This document shows positions 1 through 10,200 of a stretch of DNA of 64,000 nt, in pieces. Under the pieces are notes generated by a model that had not been told where the DNA came from, made no database searches, and saw nothing but the letters and a program-made list of their open reading frames with translations. The DNA comes from Macrostomum lignano (Eukaryota). The stretch's first letter is position 1, and every line of letters begins with the position of its first letter. Location: contig NIVC01000038.1 in assembly GCA_002269645.1 (NCBI GenBank), positions 1,116,001 through 1,180,000 on the forward strand, read 5' to 3'. The translations under genes and the position numbers were made by a program.

Positions 1-507
1 GCTCCTTAATGTTAGACATGGTGGCTCTTTAATGTTAGACATGGTGACTCTTTAATGTTAGACATGGTGGCTCTTTAATGTTTGACATGAAGTCACATAT
101 ACAGTATGTTGGACATGGTGGCTCTTTAATGTTAGACATGGTGGCTCTTTAATGTTCGACATGGTGGCTCTTTAATGTTAGACATGGTGGCTCTTTAATA
201 TTCGACATGGTGGCTCTTTAATGTTAGACATGGTGGCTCTTTAATGTTCGACATGATGACTCTTTAATGTTTGACATGGTGGCTCTTTAATGTTTGACAT
301 GGTGGCTCTTTAATGTTCGACATGATGGCTCTTTAATGTTTGACATGAAGTCACATATATGTTCGACATGGTGGCTCTTTAATGTTAGACATGGTGGCTC
401 TTTAATGTTCGACATGGTGGCTCTTTAATGTTCTACATGGTGGCTCTTTAATGTTCGACATGGTGGCTCTTTAATGTTCGATATGGTGGCTCTTTAATGT
501 TTGACAT
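1..507. repeat. 23-bp minisatellite (GACATGGTGGCTCTTTAATGTTA), truncated by the window start
   Basis: About 21 tandem near-identical units read directly from the sequence. Confidence 0.97.
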
Positions 508-570
508 TGTGCTTTTTTGTGTTTAGCATTTTGTGTTTTTAAGGTTTTTGAATAAAAAAATCTTTTTGCA

Positions 571-635
571 CAGCTAAGATTCGAACCCAGGTCGCTGCAT
601 TAGCAGTCCAGTCTGTTCGCATCTATGCTATCTCT
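571..635 (-). mobile_element. tRNA-derived (SINE-like) fragment
   Basis: Minus strand reads GAGATAGCATAGATGCGAACAGACTGGACTGCTAATGCAGCGACCTGGGTTCGAATC. It has a B-box (GGTTCGAATC) and a tRNA-Ser(GCT)-like anticodon arm, but the cloverleaf is degenerate. Confidence 0.55.
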
Positions 636-1009
636 TGTCAATTGGAGTACATGAATTGTGGCCCTTATAATTAAATTCTTATAGCAAATCGGTTAGAGTA
701 AAAAGTTATGACATAATCAATTTCTCAGTCAGCCAGTATCAGTCTCAATTCAAGTTAGCAATATGGTTACGCAATTACAATCAAGTCTTGTGTGCATTTC
801 TTCGGCACTGTTTTGAACTTGTTGTGATGCAATCATTACCACAATCAGAATTCAGCCAGTCAGTTTTTTCTCTAGCATTCTTAAAATGCATTTTAAGTCG
901 AAAATTTTGCTTGACCTTTGCAAAAAAGCATGTTTTTCGAATATTTAATCCCTTTAGCATTTAGCAATTTCTTAGCCAAGATGCATGTACCGTGCCAGGA
1001 AAATTTCTG

Positions 1010-1102
1010 AATGAATGGTGCAAGTTTGAAGAAAATCGGTTGAGCCATTTTTTCCGAAATCTATCGCATACCCACAGACAACTCATTTTTAGTATATAGG
1101 AT
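1010..1102 (+). mobile_element. possible 3' end of a non-autonomous Helitron/Helentron-like (HINE/DINE-like) element
   Basis: AAAATCGGTTGAGCCATTTT ... CATACCCACAGACA ... TTTTTAGTATATAGGAT resembles the stereotyped 3' ends of such elements. Pattern recognition only. Confidence 0.35.
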
Positions 1103-1153
1103 TCGGACCCCTAGAACAGGGGTAGAGAGATAATCCTTCTCTCTGTATGCAAA

Positions 1154-4100
1154 ATGGCTAAACGCAGCGCAGCATCGACCACTTTCCTGGCTGACAAGAG
1201 GCAACGTTTTTATGGTAAGTTTTAATTAATTTCTGACATCAGTCTAGACGGGTTTTGAGTTGCTGCAGCAGGGAGCTTCTATGAATTGACAGGGACAGGA
1301 GCAAGAGGGGCTCGATAGAGAGTTGAAAAGAGCAGGTTAGACAGGCGGGGTTAACAAAGAGTTTAGGGGTTTGTCGCTGTGACAGCTTCAGGAGCATGCG
1401 GGAATTCAGAGTGCTGCGACAGGGGCTTACGAGTTTGAGTAGGGAAGGCGCGCAAACAAATAGCAGGCCGGATAACAGCTGCGGGCGGGGGTTAAAAAAT
1501 TGCAGAGCGTTTCAGCAGCAGGGTCTACGCGCAAGAGGTTATGTGGGAACACAAACAATGAGCCAGACCGGTAAAAAATGGTGGGCGCTCTGACAGCTGC
1601 AGGAGCATGCGGGAATTCAGAGTGCTGCGACAGGGGGCTTACGAGTTTGAGTAGGGAAGACGCGCAAACAAAGAACCAGGCTGGATGCGGGCTGGGGTTA
1701 AAAAATTGCAGACGCGTGTCGGGAGGAGGCATGAGTGCGAGGGGTTATGGGGGAGCGCAAACAAAGAACCAGGCTGGATGCGGCTAGGGTTAAAAAAAAT
1801 TGCAGAGCGTTTCAGCAGCAGGGCTTGTGCGGGAGGGGTAGCGCAAACAATGAGCCAGGCGGGATGCGGCTAGGGTTAAAAAAAATTGCAGAGCGTTTCA
1901 GCAGCAGGGCTTGTGCGGGAGGGGTAGCGCAAACAATGAGCCAGGCAAATGCGGCTGGGGTTAAAAAAATTGCAGACGCGTCTCGGCAGGGGGCATGCGT
2001 GCGAGGGGTTATGGGGGAGCGCTAACAAAGAGCCAGGCGGGATGCGGCTGGGGTTAAAAAAATTGCAGAGCGTGTCGGCGGGAGGGCCTGAGCGCAAGGG
2101 AGGAGCGTGAACAATGAGTCGGTTGGAGTCTGATCCTTGGGGTGCCACGAATTGACAGATTCTTCTGGTTTTTTATCTCCTTGTGTTTTTTCAGACGCGT
2201 TTGTCCCGCCAACACAGCCGGAATCTGTTACCGGACCGGGTGAGTTATCCAGCCCCCCATTCCCTAGACAGACCGGGCTGACTCACACCCCCATTCGTTC
2301 CATGCAGGTTTCACGGCCCGGCTGGATAATCAGCGCGACCTGCCCAAGTTTAGGGCAAAGGGTGTTGAATATGTTGTGAAGTTAGATGACACCGAAGATT
2401 TACGCGAGACATTTGCCAGTATGCTCGATGTCTTTAAGCAAGATTTGGCCGGCGAGGATTTCATGGCTGCGAAATTCGAGAGCGATAACATGCTCAAAGC
2501 GGCTCATACTCCCCCGGTGCGTGCAGCCCGCATGACAGCAGAGTTGTTGTTTAAGCACATTGACAAGATTGTGCAGTCGGATGCAACCGTATTAAGCAAC
2601 AACTTTTCTATCCGACTGCTAAAGGCCTGGGTGCCTCGAGGTGGTTGTGCCCTCGAGAACAAGCATCTAGAAGAGCGGCACGCCTTCTCCCGCCACTATG
2701 TCCGCATCAACAACACGGACAAGAGGTGCCTGCTGCGAGCGCTTGTTGTCGCATGCGCCTACCTGCAATTTGTGGCCAAGCGCATCACCGAGGATGTGTG
2801 GCGCAGGATCAAGACCAATTCGCCCAAGCAGACTAAGCTGGCGACTGAGCTGCAAGTCGAAGCAGGCCTCTACACGGTAAGTTGTGCACTAGTATCAGTA
2901 TCATGGAATACTAAAAGATATATTTTCTGATAAGAATTTTTACGCAGTATCATGGAATACTAAAAGAAATCTTACATAGTACCAGGGAATACTAAAAGAA
3001 TTTTTACACAGTATCATGGAATACTAAAAGATATATTTTCCGATAATATTTTTACATAGTATCAGGGAATACTAAAAGAAATATTTTACCCCCACACAGA
3101 CTCATCAAATCGTCTCGCAGGCTGGTCCTTTCGGGCTGGATGCACTGCCCGAAGCGATCTGTTCCCTGAACCGGCTGCATCCTGGCCACAACTTTGGTGT
3201 ACGCGTGTACCGGGCAGAGGAGGCCAACAGGTGCATCTTCAACCTGCCTGGCACCGAGATTCTGCACCTGCACCTGGTTGAACAGCACTTCAATGTGATC
3301 ACCAAGCTGCCTGCGTTTTTCGGCAGCCACCACTACTGTGCCAAGTGCGAGATGGCCTATGATAGCGACCCCGCCAAGCACAAGTGTGTGGATGCCTGTA
3401 GCACCTGCAAGACTCCGGGCTCTAACTGCAAGGTCAACCGCGCATATGTAAGATGCCAGGATTGCGGGCTAAACTGTTATAATGCTCAGTGCCTAGAGAA
3501 TCACAAGCGCAAGAATAAGGCGGGCAGATCTCGCTGTGATTCAGTCCACGTTTGCGGCACGTGCGGCTATCTAGAAGAACTAAAAGTAGGCCAAGCCCCC
3601 GAGCATCAGTGTGGTTACGCCAAGTGCCCAGTCTGCAAGCAGTACGACGAAACTGCCACCCACGAGTGCTTTGTCACCCCGCCCAAAGCCAAAGAGTCTA
3701 GCGCCCCGTAAGTTTACTATGATTTTGAGACGTACGTGGACTCGGGAAAGCAGCACCGGGTACACTTGGTTACGGCAGCTACCTCCTGCGAGGCGTGTCC
3801 CAAACTCTTCCCCAGGCCCCGCTGCGGCGCGTGCGGGGGACTACACAGCTCAGCCAATTGCATTGCGGGACGCGATTTGGCGCGCGATTTTACGAGCTGT
3901 GTGTCCCACAGCGACTGTGCCTGCGGGATGCGAGAGTTTGTATCCGTCGGGCCGCACTCTATAGACGCTTTTTACTGCTGGTTGACTACACTGTTCAAGC
4001 AGGGAGCTATTGCTATAGCGCACAATGGCTCTGCGTACGATGCATTCCTCCTGCTCGGCGCCCTACTCAATGGCCTGGCCAAGAAGAAGCCGCAGGTGAT

Positions 4101-5061
4101 TTTCCAAAACAGCCGCCTAATGTATATGAAGTGCGACAAGATCGCATTCAAGGACAGCCTCAACTTTATCCCTATTGGTCTGGCGCAATTCCCAAAGGCG
4201 CTTGGTTTGGGCACCCAACTGACCAAGGGAGATTTCCCGCACGTGTTTAATCAGCCAGAAAACTGGGGCTACGTGGGGCCCTACTGCTCAATTGAAATGT
4301 ACGGAGGCAAGAAAAACAAGCAGCACGACTCTATCACAGACTGGCTGGCCAAGCAGGAGGGTCGAGTGTTTGATTTCAATAAGGAGTACCTGGACTATTG
4401 CCTGCAGGACACGCTAATTTTGCGGGAAGGCTGTCTAAAGTACGCCCGCCTGATTAAGGACATTTGCGGACTGGACGCATTTGTTCAATCCAACACCATT
4501 GCGGGCTTGGCTATGGCAGTATTCACCACCAAGTTTATGGAGCCCAACACTCTTGGGGTGATTTCCCGCCGATCGGATGTACAGTCGCACAAGGCGCGGT
4601 GCTGGCTTGCACATTTGAATGCAACCGAGTTTGGCGGCAGGTTGAGGACAGCGGACTCGGGCGGCGAGGCTTTTGCCATGGGTCGTAAGGTGGACGGCTT
4701 CGACTCGGAGACTAGGACGGTGCTGCAGTTTCACGGCTGCTTCTTCCACGGTTGCCCAAAGTGCTTCCCCAATGGCGACGTGCTGCACCCGCTCAAGAAC
4801 CAGCCAATGCGGGCAATTTATGAAGAGACTGAGCGCTTCACTCGCCTGCTCTCTACCGCCTACAATGTGCGTGTCATGTGGGAGCACGACTATCAGGACG
4901 AGGGAGCGCCAGTCCAGCAGCCTATTCGCCTGGAGGATGCCCTGTTTGGCGGACGCACCGAGGCTTTTGTCCCGCACGCCGAGGCCACCGAGACTGTGCA
5001 GCTGCGCTATCGGGATGTGGTAAGTTTGTACACTTTTCAAAGTTTTTTCAAAATTTCTCAT

Positions 5062-5099
<38 letters not shown>

Positions 5100-6517
5100 G
5101 ACTTGTGTTTGAGTTTGGCCTACTTACCCCCCTAGGTGTCGCTCTACCCGACTGTCAACAAGTTTGACAAGTACCCCGTCGGGCATCCGGTTCACCACCC
5201 CGAGCCTCATCTACTGGATGAGCAGCAGCTGGCCCGGTATTTTGGCATCGCCGAGGTGTCAATTCTGCCGCCAACCAATCTCCACATTCCGCTACTGCCC
5301 GCCAAGATTAGCAAGAAGCTAGTTTTCGGCCTCTGCCGCGTCTGCATGGAGACCCAGTGCAGCAGCGAGTGTACACACACTGACGCTGAGAGAATGCTCC
5401 GCGGCACGTGGTCGACCCCAGAGCTCCACAAGGCCCTGCAGTTGGGTTACAAGCTGCAGTCAGTTCATGCCCTGGCCTATTGGACCAAGACTCGGACCGG
5501 GCTGTTTGCAGATTATGTAAACACCTTTTTAAAGCTCAAAGCCGAGTCTAGCGGTTCGCCGGGGATGACTGAGGACGCCAAGGCTGCCTACATGGCCAGC
5601 TTTTTTGAGCGCGAAGGCGTCCGGCTGGAAAAGGTGGAAGAAAATCCTGGCCTGCGCTTTGTTGCCAAGATTTTTCTAAACTCGTAAGTCTGGGTTTGAA
5701 CAGTGGGGACCGTGTTTTTCTACTTACAGTAGTAATACTAAATCTTTTTTTCCCTGCAGGCTCTGGGGCAAATTCTGCCAGCGGGATGACTTGACCTCCA
5801 CAGAGATTGTGGACAGTTACGAGGCGTGGCTGCAGCGCCTGACAGACCCGTCCATCAAAGTCAAGTCGTGCGAGCCAATAGGAGAGTGCTTCATGATGCT
5901 TGAATACAAGCCCCGAATTGGTGTTGCTGGCGAGCGGGCATTCAAGTACGCCAATGTACCTATTGGAGTTTTCACCACCTCCCATGCCCGGCTGCGACTC
6001 TACGAGGCTCTGGAGGGCCTAGGAACCCGCGTGATTTACGCCGATACTGATTCGTAAGTTTTTCACACTGTCTGTCTGTCTGCTTCGCTCCCCTAAACAC
6101 TTTATTCTCCTCCTCCTCCCCAGGGTCGTATACCGGTGCTCTCCGGGCGAGTACGAGCCTCCGGGCGGATCGAGTTTGGGGCAGTGGACTGACGAGGTAC
6201 CTGCCGGCTGCCGCATGGTACAGTTCACCACGGGAGGCCCCAAGCTCTATCGCTATGTGGTGGAGAAGCCCGACGGGTCGCTGTACTCGGTGCTCAAGTG
6301 CAAGAGCATCCGAGTCACGCCCGAGATTTCCGAGCGGGAGGCGGAGCTGCAGGAGATTCTGCGCCACGGCGGGACTGTACGGCTGCCCCAGGCACAGTTC
6401 AGGCGCGACAAGGCCAGCTGTACAATTCGGACCCTGGAGATGGATAAGACATTCCAGCGCGTCATGACTAAGCGAGTGTATGGGTCTGGCAGCCGCCCGT
6501 TTGGCTTTCGGGAGTGA
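1154..6517 (+). CDS. polB: Polinton/Maverick-type protein-primed family B DNA polymerase, 7 exons, with one in-frame TAA at 3709-3711 (this copy may be a pseudogene)
   Basis: Exons 1154-1214, 2195-2239, 2308-2876, 3100-5019, 5136-5683, 5760-6053 and 6124-6517 total 3831 nt (1276 codons plus stop). All six GT-AG junctions are phase-compatible. Motifs: D-x-x-C (NNTDKRCLLRAL) and HFNVI, a Cys/His zinc array, Exo I YYDFET, Exo II AHNGSAYD, Exo III YCLQD, Vsr-like QFHGCFFHGCPKC, LFGGRTE, Pol A RDV/VSLYP, Pol B KIFLNS/LWGKF, Pol C YADTDS/VV, C-terminal KR...PFGF. Confidence 0.93.
1365..2110. repeat. about 87-91 bp G-rich tandem repeat inside pPolB intron 1 (1215-2194)
   Basis: GGGTTAAAAAAATTGCAGAGCG...GCGCAAACAA...GCCAGG...ATGCGGCT recurs at about 1490, 1696, 1787, 1873, 1958 and 2051. 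Confidence 0.9.
2890..3085. repeat. about 39-40 bp tandem repeat (AGTATCATGGAATACTAAAAGA...) filling pPolB intron 3 (2877-3099)
   Basis: About five copies read directly. Confidence 0.9.
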
Positions 6518-6829
6518 TAAGGCCATACGCCTCCCTTGACTGAGATTCCCCTGTCTGTGCGGCACTTGGGATAATAAAACCTATTTGGAAGCTCCCCTGG
6601 GGAGAATTCTCTTTGTATGCGGTCTGCTACCTCCACTGTACATTGGGGCGGTTCTGTTACTCCTCTCTGCCCGCACTGTACTCCGCTAAGGATCCCCCGG
6701 CCCTGGGGAGGAATTGAATTTCTCTATGTTACTCCGCCTGCACTGTACATTGGGATCCCCCGGCCCTGGGGAGGAATGCGGGGGCGTGTCTCTTTACTAG
6801 GAAGCCGGATATTTTACTTTGCACCTATA

Positions 6830-7310
6830 AGCTTAATTTTGCATACATATGTTGTATTATACTTAACTTCCAGTGTGTGTATTTTATCCTATGCATTGAA
6901 ATTTGTGCCTGCGGTTAATATGCAAAATGTAATGTTTAAAATCTGCCTACATTATATGCTATGTAATTTTCCTGTATTATACTCAATTTGCACCTACAGT
7001 GTATGTATGCACCTGCATAATTGAAATCGAGAGTGCGTATGTGTATTTCCACCTATGTTTAATTTTCCTGCAGTATACTTGAATCTGCCTACTACACTAA
7101 TATGTACCCGCTTTGTATTTTGCCTGTTTTACCGTCTGCCAATATAACGATAATATCATTATGTATACCTAAGTTTGTACACCTATATGCATTATGCACC
7201 AATATGTACATTTTAATATGCACCTGCATTATACCTATGCGCCTACCATGTATTTTTTATACTTTTTATGTAAATATACGCAATTTCACCTACTATAAGT
7301 AGTTTTCGTA
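6830..7310. repeat. AT-rich degenerate repeat block, copy A (paralogous to 9290-9835)
   Basis: Shares the 45-bp block ACTTTTTATGTAAATATACGCAATTTCACCTACTATAAGTAGTTTTC (7261-7307) and TGTACCCGCTTTGTATT with the copy at 9290-9835. Confidence 0.8.
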
Positions 7311-7339
7311 ATTTTGTGTGTTAATATCGCTGACTATAC

Positions 7340-7775
7340 GTATCGGTGTACACCTGTATTGGGCGAGTGTACACCTGTATTGGGTGAGTGTACACCTGGC
7401 GCCTGTGGTTGGGAGGGTCTACATATCTGGAGGGTGAGCCTGCGGCTCGGGAGGGTCGCCTCCAGCTGCGCCTGCGGCATACATATCGGTAGGGTGTACT
7501 TATCGGGAGGGTCTACATATCGGGAGGGTCTACATATCGGGAGGGTCTACATATCGGGAGGGCCGCCTGCGGCATACATATCGGGGGAGGGCGCCTGCGG
7601 CATGGGCGCCTGCGGCATGGGCGCCTGCGGCATGGGCGCCTGCGGCATGGGCGCCTGATTGGCGCGCCTGGATGGCGCTTGGCGCCACGCGCCTGCGGCG
7701 CGCGCGCGCCGAGCGCCAGCCAATGAGAGGCGAGGAGGGTTGACACCCACCCCACCTCCAAAAACGCCCGGATAC
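7340..7775. repeat. GC-rich modular repeat A (GTGTACACCT / CATATCGGGAGGG / GGCGCCTGCGGCAT units)
   Basis: Short tandem units, closely similar to 9860-10200 and 12555-12995. Confidence 0.9.
7700..7775 (+). promoter_or_regulatory. CCAAT-box plus GC-box-like module, duplicated at 12925-12995
   Basis: GCGCCAGCCAATGAGAGGCG(A/G)GG(A/T)GGGTTGACACCCACCCCACCTCCAAAAACGCCCGGATA is nearly identical in both copies. Function is inferred from motif resemblance only. Confidence 0.35.
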
Positions 7776-8423
7776 GGGTTCATATAGTAGTGCGGTTGAA
7801 CTTTCGAATTTCCGCCGGCGTTGTGGTCGCACATATAAATCCGGAAGTATCGCAGACGAATCACAACGAAATTCTTTCTCCTTGTTTTACTCCGACTGCC
7901 GGGGTCCTCAAATTCCGGGGGAGGGTAGTCATAATCGTCGTGCGGTCGTACAAATGGTAGACGCCGAAGATTCTGACACCGAAAATTAATTCGTCGATTT
8001 GTTGAGCTGATTACTTCCAGTAGGGTAGAGCTGCCACCACCGTAATTTAAGTATTACGGAACGAATAAGTCACAGAGATTTCTTTGAGATGAGAACTTTG
8101 GTTGTTTTATGCCCCACGGGCAAATAACGATCAAGATAGGCTATGGCTCGGGTTAATTGTTAATGAAGAAGGAATTATTGTCTTGGTGCTGATATTATTA
8201 TTATTATTATTATTAAGAAATCAAAGCAGCAGGCTAAACGTTATTAGGTTACTTATTGACGAAAGAGTTGCGGGTGCCGAGGTACGAGGCTAAGCTTAAA
8301 AGTCAAATGCTAGTCAATAAGTAATGAGCTAGATAATTAACGAGTAGGCAAAATAAATGACGTAAATGAGCGAAGAAAAGTGGAGAAGGAACGAGGAAGC
8401 AGAGCATTGAAGACATTACATGT

Positions 8424-8603
8424 ACATGTACACAAATTTACGCAAATGTACACACACACACACACACACACACACGCACGCACACGCGTATCCTGCAGCG
8501 CATCCTGCAGCGCAGCAAGGCAGGGAGCTCTTGCTGTGAATACGCGTGTGCATGCGTGTGTGTGTGTGTGTGTGTGTACATTTGCGTAAATTTGTGTACA
8601 TGT
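8424..8603. repeat. long inverted repeat / MITE-like foldback (arms 8424-8491 and 8540-8603)
   Basis: ACATGTACACAAATTTACGCAAATGTAC(AC)n...CACACGCGTAT pairs with ATACGCGTGTG...(GT)nACATTTGCGTAAATTTGTGTACATGT. Confidence 0.9.
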
Positions 8604-9289
8604 GGTCCTATATACAGGAAACTGTGTACATTTATGTGTACAATTATGTCTATGCGCTACGTTGTGTGTAGTTCGTTGACCTGCGTTTGTAAATACAGTT
8701 TATACAGTTTAGCCCGTGCACCGCATTGATGCCTACTTTTGTGCTGAGATACCTGCTTTTTATTAAATACGCTGCACCAAAAGCAAATTTTGTTGGTGCA
8801 TACTGTGTTTTTGTAGAGGTGGAGGCATGCTTTTTAATACATATGTCTTTAGTGTAATTGGGTGTGCTTCAACTTGGCTCGCGAATCTTGCACTATGGCT
8901 CTCTAGTGGAAAGTACTCTTACTTGTGCTGGTTGTGGGTGAATGTGGGGCTTTCTGCTTGACTTATTTAGTTTACTTGATGGTTAAATGAGGAGTGGGAG
9001 ATGACGCGCCTACCTCAGGGAGGAATGCAGCTCCGCGGTCTGATGCAGCGCTTTCTGTTACCCCTCTCCATCCGCACTGTACTTGGTCTCCGCTAGGGAT
9101 CTCCCCTTGGGATTAAGAGTGGGCGGGCCCTTTGTACTCGACCCTGGGTTAAAAACTCGCATTTGGAGGCTCTGGAGAGTTGCAGTGGGGTTCAACAAAT
9201 GTCTGATAAGATCTCTTGTGAGGGCGTGATACTCGTCTCGAAATAAAAAAAAACCTGAACAAGTGTTGGATGCCCTTACTAGTTGGCGG

Positions 9290-9835
9290 GTTGTTACCTC
9301 TACAATTGTGCATTATTTCTGTCAATATTTTCCCCTGCATTATGTCAATATGTGCTACAGTGTGTCATAATATGATATTTTTATGCACTAATATGTATCA
9401 TAATTTTCCTGCATTATGCTTGCTTCTGCCTCTACGATGTGTGTATTTTAGCCTATACACCTACATAATTTGAATCTACAGTGTGTGCATATGCACCTGC
9501 ATTATACTTGTATCTACTCTGTTTATGTGTATTTCAACCTATGTTTTACATTATACTAGCATCTGCAAGCGCCTACTCCACTAATAAAGCGATATGTACC
9601 CGCTTTGTATTACGATTTTGTCTATTTCACCTACTTTTCTGTCAATATATCGATAAAATGCATCTATATTGTGTGTTTTTTGTTGCTCATATGCTTAATT
9701 CTATATGTCTGTACACCTATATGCATCGTAATATGCATTATGCACCGATATTTACACCTACTGATATGTTTAATATGCGTTTTGCTTACTTTTTATGTAA
9801 ATATACGCAATTTCACCTACTATAAGTAGTTTTCA
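9290..9835. repeat. AT-rich degenerate repeat block, copy B
   Basis: Paralogous to 6830-7310; the conserved 45-bp block is at about 9788-9834. Confidence 0.8.
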
Positions 9836-9859
9836 CTAGCCTAATTTTGTGTTAATATC

Positions 9860-10200
9860 GTTGGTTACATATCGGTGTACACATACATATCGGGAGAGTG
9901 TACACTCATATTGGGAGAGTGTACACACATATTGAGAGAGTGTACACTCATATCGGGGAGTGTACACACATATTGAGAGAGTGTACCTTCAGTTCGGGAG
10001 GGGGCGCCTGCGGGATACATTTCGGGGGCCCGGACCGCGCTTGGCACCTGTGGCTCGCGCGCCATATGGTAGGGTGTACATGTCGGGTACATGTCGGGAG
10101 GGGCGCCTGCTGCATACATGTCGGTGTACATATCGGGAGGGTGTGCCTGCTGCATACAGGTCGGGAGGGTTGCCTGCGTCATACATGTCGGGGCGCCTGG
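9860..10200. repeat. GC-rich modular repeat B
   Basis: Same CATATCGGGAG / GAGTGTACAC / GGCGCCTGC units as repeats A and C. Confidence 0.85.

Noticed and set aside
1-507. Regularly spaced repeats resembling a CRISPR array (also 39028, 45110, 46165, 61418)
   Set aside because: The units are head-to-tail with no unique spacers, there are no cas genes and the context is eukaryotic. These are minisatellites.
571-635. Functional tRNA genes (also 19288 and 20036)
   Set aside because: The acceptor and D stems do not pair properly, and the copy at 20036 continues into a SINE-like body.
3709-3711. TAA reassigned as a sense codon (a similar CCC TAA lies at 13209)
   Set aside because: Host genes in the window, the GPCR at 14955 and the cGLR at 56997, end in TAA, so it is a normal stop here.
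3708-3753. Micro-intron that would remove the in-frame TAA of pPolB
   Set aside because: The acceptors at 3729, 3750 and 3753 all shift the frame and would delete part or all of the Exo I DFET motif.
5020-5112. Unspliced intron 4 reads VSLYT, mimicking the true VSLYP, and ends in an (HT)n tail
   Set aside because: GTAAGT always encodes V-S in phase 0, the remaining match is two residues, and the tail is a (CA)n microsatellite. Coincidence is the simplest reading.
3795-5985. Long overlapping or antisense ORFs within pPolB (also within the GPCRs, the Gypsy element and the TTC28-like gene)
   Set aside because: They are shadows of GC-rich coding sequence with no recognisable motifs.
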